Position numbers and translations under genes: made by a program. 64,000 nt of DNA. It comes from Takakia lepidozioides (lineage: Eukaryota; Plantae; Bryophyta). Below are positions 1 to 13,599 of the stretch, piece by piece. Location of the stretch: NCBI GenBank assembly GCA_030704615.1, contig CM060732.1, positions 51,088,001 through 51,152,000 on the forward strand. The letters run 5' to 3'. A model generated the notes under the pieces. That model was not told the origin of the DNA. It did no database searches and worked only from the letters and a program-made list of their open reading frames with translations. Each line of letters opens with the position of its first letter. Position 1 is the stretch's first letter.

Positions 1-243
1 AGCTTCCTTCTTGATCTTGCGGAAACTCTCACCTAAACTCCGAGAAGCCATCGGTCTCCCCCGTCTATTTTTGATCGACGGTCCTATGTATCCAGGACTT
101 CCACGATTATACACTCATTCTTAGTGCAGATTCCCTACGTTCTTGAGCTCAACATGTCGAGGGTATACTTTCTACACCAGTCTAGCTGCCTCTCATGACG
201 CTGAAGAACTGGGTGACGAACATTTTGCGTGGAAGACACTTAC

Positions 244-2889
244 CAGTGCCACTTGTAGACCTTGTATATACCAAAATATCGATCTGGAAGCTCGGCTACA
301 GCACGGGAATTGTAAGTAGTGAAAATCTCCACCATAGACACCACCAGGTACGCTAAAGCAATCCTCTGCAGCCATTGCATTTAAGAAAACTTTGTCAGAT
401 CCCTTGCCGAGAGTTGTTCTCCTGAGCATATATACAAATCGTTGTACATGCAAGGCCACGGTTAACCGAACACTGTTGCAGTACCGCAGTGAACGTATAG
501 TGGAATATCTCGTGAAGTCTTCATCTCGTCTGTATCCCGCTATCCCCGGGGATGAGATTCGACCGCCCCTTGTGAGACAGCGTTTGTACGATGTATGGAG
601 TTGGTTACGATGGCGTCCTGGAATTTCTCCCGGATTCGTCTTAACATCTAGAATGATTCCAAGGGAGTATTCATTCTACGAAAGGGCCGCAGCTGTTCTA
701 GGGTCAGCAGAGCGAGACAGCTCTGTTTCATAGTATACAGCTGATTTGACCAACAAGCCTGCTCCGGACAACTACAAAAAACAGTACCTGGAGGATGCCA
801 CACCATCGGATTCTGTCCATGTCCACACCATAGTCCAGAGGAAAAGGCGCATGAGAATAGCCTCCTGCATAATTTTTCAGCCCACACCCAGACCACACCC
901 TTTCAGCATTCAAAGAACACGAAACAGGGGCCCTTAGTCTGCTGCCTTGCTCTTTGAAATTTATTTGCAGGATTTGCGCACATAGACAAGCTGACCTTGA
1001 AGAATGATGCCCCAGAATATCAGCTGTAGAGTCCGCAGAATGACTTTCTTCACTGCTGCTGCCTTTTTCTTAATTCTCTGCAGTAACCATATTACAAAGA
1101 GCCCACGTTTGTTGATTGATCGGGAACCACTTATTTTTCCAGATAATTTTCACGTGACAACTTTTCTGAAGAACAGCCTAGAAGATGATCCAAGTACCGG
1201 AGGTGTCCCCAGACGTGTATATTCACCGCTAACACGAAGTACTAGCCTGTCCACAAGCAATCAATTGGTAGAGAGGCACTCAATCCGCAACTCATGCAGG
1301 TGTACATGATCAGCACTTGCAGAGGAGTAAATTCATATAACTTCCTGTGAAAGAACTCATGATCCGGACGCTGCCTGAGGGTCATTCAATGCAATTGACA
1401 GTACTGAGACACAAAATTTAGGACCTCCGCCAGCAGAGTTATTTTTCAACTACTCTTAAACTTAGTGAGACATGTACGCAAACGTGGGCCCAGCGAGTGT
1501 GTAGTTAGATTTATGGCTCGGGACACACCTTGAGTGCAAGAGCGATGGCAACACCGACAATAAAGAGGAAGAAGGGCATGACCAAGTCCGCCAGCCTGAT
1601 GCCATTCCAGGGTGAGTGGTTTATCTTTCCCCAATCACCTCCCGCATCATCCACCAGTACCATCACCTGCCAAAACCAGGCCACCCTTGAGCGACGTTCA
1701 ATTACTCTACTACACACGTATACTTATCCTTCTTTTGTATGAATTCAAGGAAGTTCGAAGAATTAGTGAATGACCTTCGTCGCATGACTTAATTGCTATC
1801 CATCCATGCACCCACCTGCGAGCTCTAGTTTGCTGCATGCGGACTAATCTCTTACCGTAGCACTTCAGAGGTTTGACACACTTTTTGGTACAGTCTGTTA
1901 GAGATGTGACGGTTCGCATAACAGTCATGCTGTAAAAGCTCATGGCATCTGTCCGTATTAGATATCGACTGCGAAATTAGCAATGACGCGGATAGTTCTG
2001 GGACCTACGTACTTCATTGCAACTTGCAAGCATCAATGTCAGCTTTCCAGAATCATGTACTGTCTCTGGGAATCTCTCTCTCACTCTCTGAAGCTGCCCA
2101 CATGGCCATGTTGAAGAGAAGATTGTCGACTTCTCTAGGTACACGAGTATTCTTATATTGACAAGAGCTCGCGCGCGTATATCTATGTATGTACGTATGT
2201 ATTTCAGTGACGAAAACACGGTGGAATGCACTTTCATGCCTTCAATTTACGGTCCTAAGGTTCGCGCAAAGGTGACGCTAGGGCATTGCGATCGATATAG
2301 TTTTTTTGAATAAGCTCCCTTGTACAAAGTTAGAATCAGAAAGTCAGTTGGGAAGGCCTTGTTTCAGTTTTCAGCACAGAGGAGGGGCGAGGGGCTCTCT
2401 ATATTCATGTTATGTCGTACGTAGCCCAAAGAGAGCCCAAAGAGCAACCACACATTCAGGATAGAGATAAGCCCAGTACTGTTCATAGAATGTACAGAGA
2501 TCTAGCTGGACAAAGGGGTGAAGCTTGAGTTTGGAGGACGAAGTTTGTGAATCGACTGTATTCGCCAAGCTGGTCTCCCCACAACACTTGCATTGCATTG
2601 CATTCAATGTCTGATAGGTTCTTAAAAGAAATTGAGACATCAGTAACTATATACATACTGCAACAGTAAGTCCCCGGAACACGTCAAGGGAAACAAGCCG
2701 TTTGGGCTTCTGATCACCGGTACTAGACAGCTCATCAGAAGTGCTGAACTTGGAAAACACCCCACGAAGGAAAGTCGGCCTTCCTTTTCCATGTGGCTTA
2801 GTTCCAACGTCCCCTGCATTTGGATCTCTTGAGATGCCTTCTTCCATGGACTCATAGTGACCTGGTACTTCACTTTTTGGCGGTACCAT
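244..2889 (-). CDS. HGSNAT: Heparan-alpha-glucosaminide N-acetyltransferase-like membrane protein, 5' part. Exons 2889-2659, 1666-1529, 1077-996, 864-788, 365-244; continues beyond window start
   Basis: The spliced translation gives RLVSLDVFRGLTVA / MVLVDDAGGDWGKINHSPWNGIRLADLVMPFFLFIVG / KVILRTLQLIFWGIILQG / GYSHAP..YGVDMDRIRWCGILQ / RIALAYLVV. All junctions are GT-AG with consistent phases. Confidence 0.93.
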
Positions 2890-3529
2890 CACTCCCACCT
2901 TTCACCTTCACCCAGTGGGAATGCTGCGCTTCACTATCTTTCTAGAATTCTATCTGTACCCATGAGCAAACGAGAGGAAACCTCTTGCCATGAATTGGCT
3001 AGCCTGGTTAAGAGCCCACGTCTCCGAAAGACTAGATGTGTACCGGCCTTTGATCTGCACTCCTTCATCCTCCACAACACTGCAAATTCCCTCCGAAATC
3101 ACGGTGACAGCGAGAGAGACAATACCGTTGACGACAGTTTGTCCTGTTCAGAGGTCAGAAAGATGCCGTCTCAAGTCTTTTCCAACTACTTCAATATTTA
3201 AAGTATATTCCCCTCAAACAGAAAACTTTTTTTCTTTTTTCTGAAGATTGTTTCTCTTTTTTTAAAAGGAAACACTGCTGGGGAATCAGGAGGGTCCCAA
3301 ATTCTAGTAGCGGCAATTCCTGAAGGTCAAGGGAGAAGATTGGAGCAGGCTGTGGGGAGGGAAGGTAAGGGTGTTGCAATGGTTGCTATGTGAGGCCACA
3401 CGTAGTGGCCGGCCCCTCGCCGGCCCTCTTTGTACTTCTAGAGCGTTCCCAAGAATTCCAGAGAATAGAATCAGGCTGTGGGGATGAGGCAGTCCGCCCC
3501 TTCTACAAGGCTCCACCGCCGCCTTGAGA

Positions 3530-3695
3530 ATAATAATATATGAGGAAGCGTAAACTATCATGAAGCATAAATTATGGTGTCTCTTCACCCAGAAGGGCTA
3601 TTGTCTTCCATTTCGGCAGGAAGGTGGACACTTTCGTGACACCAATCGGTGGATTGAACCCACAACCACTTTCAAGGTGGTTACCAACTTGGTTA
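3530..3695 (-). mobile_element. tRNA-derived SINE, copy 1 (A-box region deleted)
   Basis: About 120 bp aligns with 57200-57320. B-box GGTTCAATCC at 3651-3660 (minus). AT-rich tail near 3530. Confidence 0.7.
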
Positions 3696-3706
3696 TCCCT
3701 CCTTCA

Positions 3707-4467
3707 AGGCAGGTTCACACGACGTAAATCCGTCCGTCCCGCCCAGCCATAGTGGCGGGCCCTCCGCACGCGTGAAGGGGGACGGACGGGACGGACGGGA
3801 CGGTGGGTGCAACAGGTTCACACGTGATATGCACATGTGAGGCAACATTGAGTTTAGCCACGCCCAAGCAAGGGATTTGTGAGAGCTCTGTTCGTACTAC
3901 GTGTACAGGCAGGTACACTTGTGAGAGTTATGCAGGTACTAGGAGTACAAGCTTATGAGAGTTATACTGGAGAGTACTAAGTGTACAAGCTGTTTATGAC
4001 AGTTAGTACTAGGTGTACATGATGCATATTTATTTGATTTTTTGGTTAATCTTTGGCTCAGATGTGGGTGAAGATGAGCTTGGAGGGGTTTCTTCTTTTA
4101 CTCTGTTTACATTCTGTATATTTGCTGCCATGGCTTGTAAGACTTTGGAGAAGAAAAAGGAGAGGGAGATGCAACAAAGCTTGGTGGAAACTGCACCCTA
4201 AACCCTGCGCAAGAGCAAAAGAAGCTCTCACGAAGAGACCTCCGGCTAAACCCTACACACAGGTTTAGCCATGAATAGCCACGGGGAAGGAACGGGGGCA
4301 TGGCACGGACAGCGGGAAGTACCTATGGTGGCCAGGCCGTCCGTCTCCTCCTCGCCCTCGCGTTCCTCGAGGGTGGACCCCGCCCCGCCACACCCGCTGC
4401 AGCCGCCACGTCCCGATGGGACGGACGGAGTTCGGGACGGACGGAGTTCTATCGTGTGAACCTGCCT
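3707..4467. mobile_element. Non-autonomous PIF/Harbinger-type (Tourist-like) MITE
   Basis: TIRs AGGCAGGTTCACACG...CGTGTGAACCTGCCT. 3-bp TSD TCA at 3704-3706 and 4468-4470. Subterminal GGGACGGAC repeats. Confidence 0.85.
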
Positions 4468-7400
4468 TCAGACAGTATCAAACCCTTATAAGAGCATCCC
4501 CACCCTTGAGCCCGAAAGCCTCCCCGCCAAAGATAGCATGGTCGATATTGGCCCTATGAGGTTCTTTGGCGGGGCAGCCCCGACTCGCGCACACCCTCCC
4601 CGCGCCATCCCCCCTGAAGCTAGGCTCCCCATTCCCCTATGGCGTTCCCATGGTCAGGCTGCTGACACGACATGGGCATGTTCACGTTAACCTGTTTTCA
4701 GGACCCTGAATATTGCGCTCAGGTTCAGGGCGCGGAGAGACATTCAGTGTCCGCCTTGTACGGGATATAGCGTTTCAGGGTGTGGACGGTTCCCAGCCCA
4801 CTTCTAAACTGTATACCGTTGGGGGCTGGGTTCAGTGTAGGGTGGGGATGCTCTAAGGGACTGCCACTCTTTTGGTGGGCCAGCCCAAAAACGGTACATA
4901 GTGGGAGAGAGAGAGAGAGAGAGGACTCCAGTCGAAGCCCGGTGTAGCTAAGAGCCACTTCGCCTTGCGGCTATTGCCCCCTGTCGGGGGTGAGCCCTAG
5001 AGAGAGAGAAGACTCTGGCCTAGGCCGGCGTAACTAAGAGCCACTTTGCCGCCGGCCACTAAAAGGGGCATAGACACCCATAATTTACTCTTATTGTGGG
5101 AGGCATCATACATATATACAAATTTCCTATACATAGAGTGTCCTTTTTTAATCTAATTTTTCTTATCCCTCCATAACAAACTCACTATAATGTTACGTCC
5201 AAAAACAGAACTTTAGAGTTATGTTGCTACCTACCACATGCATCCATTCCCAAACTTTGAAAATTTTGACCACTTATAATAGTCGGAAGGTTATAGTGTT
5301 TTAGTTGGGGTTGTTTTTTCTTGGGTAATTTCCAAATTATATTTAGCCATTTTTTCTACTTACCTCTTTGTATGAGTTTTTGTGGGGGTACAGATTGAGC
5401 TCTAGAGGAAAATCTTCAAACAGGTCCTTTTAATAAAAACAGTCTGTATCCAAATCAGATATTTGTGGGATTCCTATTGGGAGACTATGATTTGCACTTC
5501 ACTAAGCACGATGTTCAAATATTTTGAAGATCCGCTGATGAAATTTCTAAAATTGGACCCCTCAATGGGGCAAGAGCTTTTCTATCTATGTGCTTACATC
5601 TTACGAGTATGTGTTTTATCCAGATATAGCCATCGTCCGAGTATACATCCAAATATATAGCGTGATGGAGTAGGTTTTAGGACATGGATGTATATCCTCA
5701 TGTAAGCTCAGAGGGGCCACTCCCTATATCTTTTATATATCAGGTATGGAAAAAGGATAATTTGTATGGGGGAATCATTTTTATTTTGGTCTTTATCGGC
5801 CACCCTATATTTAAATAATTCTATAAAATGCTGGATTTTCTGACAGGCTATGTTAATTATATTTTACTGTTGCTAGCAAATTTCAGACACGCTATAGTAA
5901 TAATACAGTAAGAGAAATTTTTTACAGTAAAAACTAGTTCATTATTTGGTCGAATCAAACTCATCCAAAGCTTAGCATTCAAGTTGTAAGCATTATGAAC
6001 TTTGTAAGAAGTCATAGTAACTGAACTAATGATTGAATCTATGTCTATCCATTTACTATCTATTAGAATTTAAGGTGCCCTCTAGATTTCGAGAAATAAT
6101 TTAAGATGATTGACCATTACTGTTGTCGTTGAAAAGGTCTACTGGCTGCCAATATATCCCCCACCCTAAACTCAAACTCCCCTACCAACCAGTGTTGCAC
6201 AGTTCAAGTCCCCAAATCCAAGTCTAGCCCACATGATGAACCAGTATCTAGACAACACGTGTCCCAAAACTTTATCATGGTAGTTGTACGAAAAAAGAAA
6301 AATAATGTATATTACAGACCATATATTCATTTAATTTCCAAAACCACAATATATTTGTGCCCATATTTATTTGTAATTGTTTTCTAAATTTGATCTACCA
6401 CGAATATATTGTACTGTATATTTTTTTGCACGTAGTAGTATCGGAATATTTGGGTGGGCCCCCCCCAGCCCGTAAGCATATATCTTTATGATATACCCTA
6501 CATTGATTCAGCATCAATGGATTTAATATACCCTAGCTAGTCAAGGCTATATCTTAGAATGAAGGATAAATAACAATAAGGTGAATCATTATTCAACCTA
6601 CTTTTTGGTACCGCCTTCCATAAAATCATTTTTGTTGGCGTAGCACCATCCCCACAGTCGTAGTAGCTGCTTGTATCCATCTTCGTGCAAATAAACCTAT
6701 GTCCTCAGACTTGTGCATTTGTTTTATGAGGATGTGAACCGAGGGAACTGGTTGTAGCTGTGAGTGTGCATTGAGGGCAGTTGAAAAAAATATGGCCAAT
6801 TAGGAATGCCTCCAAGTTCAAGAACTGTGCATTTGAATTTGTGAAGATGTATATTTGATATCTCGTTGGATATCGGAGGCACAAATATGGACACACACAT
6901 GTAGTTTGACATAGGCTCACATTTTGACAACACCATCCATGGGCAACAAATGGGGCTCAACTTTCCCGATCCAGTGGAACGTGAGCAAATTCCTGAAATG
7001 GATCATCGTGACAGTGGGCCTTGAAATGCCCCCCTAACTCGAAAATATGCCCAAGTGGTTCCTAAAGGAATGCAACCCTGCAATGCTATTGTTCGACAAC
7101 TATAACAGAGAGGGATGGCTTAACCAAATTGAAGTGCCTGCTGGAACATGAAGCAAAACAAGGATTGACCAGCGTACTTAATTTTTTTAGGGATGTATGC
7201 CTGCATCGTGACACGCTTTCGACCTGCATTTTAGTTGTCATTTACTTGAATTTTTGGGCCACGTATTGCAAGATGATGCATGATTAGGTTGCCTTGATGA
7301 AAGTGGGACCAAGGCCTTTACATGTTTATGGTATGTAGGCCATAGCAGGCCCCATCAAATGGGACAGGTTGCTCCAAAGCCGCACAAGTCACTACCGTTT

Positions 7401-7544
7401 TGAGAGGTTGGATCATGGTGGACAAATTGTCACCCTCAACTTTCACATGACACGATTTTGTTTTTGAACAATCCAAACTTTTCAAGTAGAGATCTCAATT
7501 GAATTGTTAAGGTAGCACCGGTTGTCTCACCGGCTTGAACTTCA

Positions 7545-8600
7545 ATTAATGTAAAACTAGTGCAAACACATAGATAACTCTCCTAGCTTTGCAAAAAATT
7601 ATGGCACACTCACATTGATGAAGCTGAAAGAACATGAAAAGTGATGAACTCCACCATAGTCAAAACAATTGGCAAAACTAGAAGGTGTCAAGAGTTTGGC
7701 CACCACATTCTGTTATAAGCTTCAGTTCAGATGAAACCATTGCACACACATAGATAACTCCCCCATCTTCCAAAACAATATGACACACTCAAATTGATGA
7801 AGCTGAAAGAACATGTGGAAAGTGATGAACTCCACCATAGTCAAAACAGTTGGCAAAACTAGAAGGTGTCAAGAGTTTGGTCACCACCTTCTGTGACTAT
7901 GTCATGAGCTTCAATTCAGATGAAACCACTGCACACACATAGATAACTCCCCCATCTTTCCAAGACACTATGGCACACTCAAATTGATGAAACTGAAAAA
8001 CATGGAAAGTGATGAACTCCACCACAGTCAAAACAGTTGGTAGAACTAAAAGGTGTCAAGAGTCTGGCCACCACCTTCTGTCATGAGTTTCAATTTAGAT
8101 GAAACCACTGCACACACATAGATAACTCCCCCAGCTTTCCAAAACATTATGACACACTCAAATTGATGAAGCTGAAAGAACATGGAAAGTGATTAACTCT
8201 ACCATAGTCAAAAACAGTTGGCAGAACTAGAAGGTGTCAAGAGTTTGGCCAGCACATTTTGTCATGATCTTCAATTAAAATGAAGCCAGTTCTCAAACAT
8301 AGATAATTCTCCTAGATCTCCAAAAGATTATGACACACTCAAATTGATGAAAATTACAATAAATTAGAAGTGATCATCAATTGGAAGGTAGTCAAACAAG
8401 GTGACAGAACATGAAGAGCTCCAGAACTTGGTGTCATTAGTTTCAATTGATATGAACCTAGTATATTACTCACATAGACATTTATCATAGCTTTCCAAAA
8501 ACATATGTCATTCAATTTGATGAAGTAAACAATAAGCATCAAAATGTTGAAGTGGATACATTCAATTTGATGAAGAGACAATGAGCTTCAACCTTAAATT
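7545..8600. repeat. Tandem array of ~180-bp units (about 5-6 copies, degrading rightwards)
   Basis: The unit marker CATAGATAAC(T)TC recurs at ~7568, 7750, 7938, 8117, 8298, with a degenerate copy at ~8473. Confidence 0.9.
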
Positions 8601-9119
8601 GATGAGGCTAACGGAATAGAAAACAATGCATCAATGATTCACATTTGGTGTCTGTATAGCAGGTCCAATGATTTTCAAACCATCACCAATATTCATCAAG
8701 GCTGAAATGTCTCAATTGTCGAAGTAGTTTGGATTCGTTCCCTTTCAAGTTCCATAGTTCTCTATGTCGTGTGTTCTCTTGGGCTTATGCATCTATCATG
8801 TGGCAACAACAACTTTCTCTCTGTTGGTTCAACAATTTGTGGCAAAATCCTCCCCCGCTTTGTAGTTGATGGAGAATTGGATTTGTCACCACCATCCTCC
8901 GATGATGATTCCTCCTCTGCCATTTTGCAATGTTTAAGTGGTTATATGTGTAGTAGCATAAGTGTTAAAATGGACAAAGCATAAATGTAACGATTTATAA
9001 TCATTCATCTGGTTCATGGAAACACATTGTATCTCCTCCTTCGGGCATTGCAGACGCACCAATGGGCACTTCCCAAGCTCCATAGTCTTGGATTGTTTTG
9101 TCTACCACTTGGATAGTGC

Positions 9120-9450
9120 AGAAAATACCTCCAAAGCCATCTGCACCTTAGAAAAATTTGTCTCGTTCTTCTCTTGAGGATTCATTTGGAAGTACGATTG
9201 TTCTCCATTTGGGATTCTTTTTCATAATCCCAAATCTCTTGAAATTTGCAACCAGTCTCTCCCATTTATCCTAACATTGTTGCGCACTACGATTCACACC
9301 ATGCTCGATACATGTGTCTTCCACTACACCCCATCTTTGTGCTAGAGTAAGATGCAATGTTTTGGACCTCGATCCTGGACTATGTGCAACCCAATCTATA
9401 CGTTTCACTGCTTACAAAACCATCACCTTGTTCAGTATCCATAGACCTTT
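9120..9450 (-). pseudogene. Degenerate trihelix / Myb-SANT-like DNA-binding domain relic (possibly a Harbinger ORF1 remnant)
   Basis: Minus-strand translation reads AQRWGVVEDTCIEHGVNRSAQQC*DKWERLVANFKR, then a frameshift into WDYEK. It contains stops. Confidence 0.6.
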
Positions 9451-9829
9451 CTTGTATGTGCGATTGAGAATGTTATTATGTTGTGCTCCAAACTCCGCGC
9501 TAGTTGAATCTTGAGTCTTCGCAAGAAATCTATCTTCAAGGAATGCTTGCATTGTGAAAGCCTACCAACACATGAGAGGAAAAAAAAAAATGACGGGGAA
9601 AACAACGAGCTATGGCGTGGAGGTTGAATGAGGCATGGGTAATCAATGGGGATTGTTAGCAAGTGGGATTGTTATTCTTGACATGCTACGGCAAGTCATT
9701 ATGAAAGGGAGGGAGATAGAGAGAGAGGGCTGGGACTTAGAGCGAGCGGGAGGGAAGGCAAACATGCATGGGAGGCCGCAGTTGGAGCAACCTTCGCATC
9801 TGAAGCAAGCAACCCTAGAAACGCTAGGG

Positions 9830-12800
9830 TATGTGTGCGAGGAGTTTTTGGCTGGGAGCTCGTCGTTCTTGGGAGAGTCAGCTTGGTCTTAGCAGGCCGT
9901 GTTTCAATCTCTACCCGCTCAGCTGCACCGTGGTGGTTCTCACAGACCAATCCGACATTACCTGACTACAGAAACAAGCAGCACACTGAAGAGGTCCTCT
10001 TGGGTTCATGGTCAGTCAAATCCTCCATGGGTCATGACACAAGGTCGAGGACAATGTGGTGAGGGCACCTTCTTCTTCGACCTATTTCAGCCTGTTTTGC
10101 CCTCTCATCAGACTCGGCCCTTCATTTGCAGCACGGAGCAGAGTTGGCATGAGATTTTTAAAGATCCTTCACGATGGTGCGACAACCGCAATGGCAAGGT
10201 GTGGCTTTTCCTTAATGTACGATGTGAAGAAGTTTGTCCATCCTGCAAATGTGGGCTGTTGGCTCCTGTTAGTACCATGATTTGGTATTCTTCCTGATGT
10301 TTCAAGGTTCTTGGGAAAGTCAGCTTGGTCTTAGCAGGCCGTGTTTCAATCTCTGCCTGCTCATCTGCACCGTGCTGGTTCTCACAGACCAATCCGACAT
10401 TACCTGACTACAAGACACAAGCAGCACACACAAGAGGTCCTTTTGGGTTGATGGTCGGTCATATCCTCTATGGGTTCTTCTTCGACCTATTTCAGCTTGT
10501 TTTGCCCTCTCATCAGACTCGGCCTTGAGATGCATATTGAATTATGTAAGTTAGCTCGTTGCTCATTGATAAGTAGGGTTGGGGGTGTTTGCTGGAATGA
10601 TTGTTGTATGCATGATTTTGTGGAGAGGCATAGATAGCTGAAGGAGCAGGGATAGAGTGTGGAAGAGGGCCAGATTTCAAGCTCCAGATTATCTATGATT
10701 CCCTGTGGAAGGATAGATACAAGAAACCTGCATGGGTAGATGGTCAATTGGAAGCCGCAGCAGCAGCAGCACAATTGATACAATCAAGCACTGCTAATGA
10801 AGGCACCTTCTGAAACACATTTCACCCTATTTTCCCCTCTTATCAGAATTGGCCCTAAATTTTCATGTTCAATTCTGCAAGTTAGCTGGTTGAGTGAATC
10901 TAGTTGGAGTGACTTTGACATGATACTGCCAATGTGACAAGAGTATGCATTGAACCCATTGGTAGCGGGATATTGCGATATCTCTTGGCCATGTGCCATC
11001 GTCAAAGCTGAAATTGTACTAGTTGTCATTCTGACCACTGCCCTAGTGGACATGTATGCCAAATGTGGGTGCAGCAAGCCTGATGCAAAGGGAGAGTTCC
11101 ACAACATGGCTAAATGAGATGTGATGTTGTGGACTGCCATGATTGTAAGGTGTGTGTAGCATAGTTGTGGGAGTAAGGCTTTGGAAACCTAAGAACAAAT
11201 GATGTGGGAAAGGAGGAAGCCAAACCAGGTCATGTTCATTTGTGTTTGTTAATATGCATATGCGAGCCTAGCAGCCCTGGGAAGGGGCCAAGAGGTTCAT
11301 GGTGACATCATCAAAGCTGGAATTGTACCTGATGTCATTCTGAACATTCCCCTGGTGTACATGTATGTCAAATGCGAGCCTGGTAGCCCTCGAAAGGATG
11401 CAAAGGTCCATTATCAAATCTGGAATTGTACCACTAGATGTCACTCTAAACACTGCCTTGGTGGATATATATGTAAAATGCACGCCCGACAGCCCTGAAA
11501 AAGGGTACAGAGGTCCACGGTGATATTGTCAAAGCTGGTATTGTATCTGATGTGATTATGAACGTTGACGTAGTGGACATGTATGCCAAGGTTGCAGGGT
11601 GCAACTACAAGGATACATGGCTGTTTTGATAATATGGCTGAATGAGATGTGGTACCAGCCTAGCCCATAATTGCACTTAACTAGAGTAGGCAATGAGTGA
11701 AGACGGGGTTTGTGATGACATCGTCCAAGCTGGAATTAAACAAATGTTGTTCTGAACTATGCCCTTGTGGACTTGTATGCCAAATTGGGGTGCATGGAGG
11801 ATGATGATCCTAGGATATGCACAACAGCGGCGCAGGATGGAGGCCCTTTGGAGAGGTCTATGAGCAAGTGGTGTGGGAAGGGATACTGCAGCGCAACCAC
11901 ATCGCGTTTGTTACATTTGCAACATGTGTGCAAGCCTGGCAGCCCTGCAAAATAGCAAAGAGGTTCGTGGTAACATCGTCCAAGCTGGAATTGTACTAGA
12001 TGTCGATCTGAACTTTGACATGATGCCAATGTGACAACATGAAAGTATCCAGAAACAGGTCACAGAGACGAGGAGAAGTTGTGGAATGGTGGGACAACCG
12101 AGGGAAAAAGGTTAATGCCTGTTAGATTATAGAGGGCAGACGCAATTCAGCATAGGAACTAGTGAGCTGAGTTGGGTGTTTCCTAGAACAAATCTAGGCT
12201 GTCATTATCAGCTGCAAGGCAAGGAAGTATGCATGATTTGTGCAAAAGCAATGATAGCTGAAAGAGCAGGGATAGAGTATGGGTCCAGATTCATCCAAGA
12301 GGGCCAGATTTCAAGCACATGATTACCTATGATTACCTGTGGATTTAGCTATAAGAAACCTGCATGGGTAGATGGTGAGTTGGAAGCCGCAGGAGTAGCG
12401 ACACAATTGATAAAATCAAGCACTGCTAATAAAGGCACCTTCTTCAACACATTTCACCCTGTTTTTCCCTCTTATCAGAACCGGCCCTAAATTTCAATGT
12501 CTACAAGTTAGCTGGTTGAGTGAATCTAGTTTGGAGTGACTTTGACATGATATTGCCAATGTGACAACATGAAAGTATCGAAAAACAGTTAACGGAGATG
12601 AGGGGAAGCTGTGGAATGAATACTTTTCTGACCCTAGTCAATGGTGGGACAACCGAGGCAAAAAGGTAAATGCATGTTGGATTACAGAGAGTAGCAGATG
12701 CAATGAGTTGGGTGTTTGCTGGAACAAATGTAGGCTGTCATTGTCAGCTGCTAATAGCAATGCAAGGATATATGCATGATCTGTGCAGAGGCATGGATAG

Positions 12801-13040
12801 CTGAAGGAGCAGGGATAGAGTGTGGGTCCAGATCATCCAAGAAAGCCGGATTTCAAGCTCCAGATTACCGATGATTCCCTGTGGAAGGATAGCTACAAGA
12901 AACCTGCATGGGTAGATGGTCATGGGTAGATGGTAGATAGTTTGGAGTGACTTTGACATGATACTGCCAAAGTGACAATAAAAAAATATCCATAAACAGG
13001 TAACAGTAGCAGACGCAATTCAGCATAGGCACTAAGGCAA
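9830..13040 (+). pseudogene. Rearranged pseudogene pieces of OSB-type WDNR/PDF-motif plus PLS-PPR gene(s), left arm
   Basis: Motifs: SWHEIFKDPSRWCDNRNGK|gt (~10141-10198), KLWNEYFSDPSQWWDNRGKK|gt (12606-12665), RGPDFKHMITYDYLWI (~12298-12345), and degenerate PPR S motifs (LVDMYAKCG) at ~10990-12000. Internal duplications are present. Confidence 0.8.
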
Positions 13041-13160
13041 ACTCTCCTTCCCCGTAAGGGTGTGTTTTGGTATCTGAGCGAATAAATATTTTATCTAAGA
13101 ATATAATTTCAAAAATTCGTTATTTAATAATGTGCCACTTGTCCCATGTTGGTCAAAAGT

Positions 13161-13200
13161 AATAATAATAATAATAATAATTATTATTATTATTATTATT
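13161..13200. repeat. Perfect 40-bp (AAT)n/(TTA)n palindrome
   Basis: aataataataataataataa|ttattattattattattatt. Confidence 0.9.
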
Positions 13201-13599
13201 TATTAAAGTAATTATAATAACAATAAATTAAATCCCCACAGCGACGCGTGTCAATTGACATGAAGAACCACCTGTCAAAATCACGATGCGACACATGCTG
13301 ACGTCTGATCCCTCCTCTGCACTTGGATGGCGTCGCAGTCTGACACGTGGCGTGTTCTGTAGAGAGCACGTGTCTCTCTTACACAGCGGCTGACATGGAC
13401 CCGTTCAGTCATTCAGTAAAGCCAGCGTGTATGACTACCCCCACAGCTGCTCAGGCGTCACGTCACAGCCAGGCTGGCGAGTCATATCTGCCATGCCACA
13501 ACTGACTAGGGTTTTACGACTGCAGAGTCATGAAGTCGTAAATGGCTTTCATAACTGCATTTGCAGTCATAACACAGAGTCGTAAAAGCCGCAATCTGT

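Noticed and set aside
7545-8600. CRISPR-like array
   Set aside because: The whole ~180-bp unit repeats with no unique spacers, there are no cas genes, and the context is eukaryotic.
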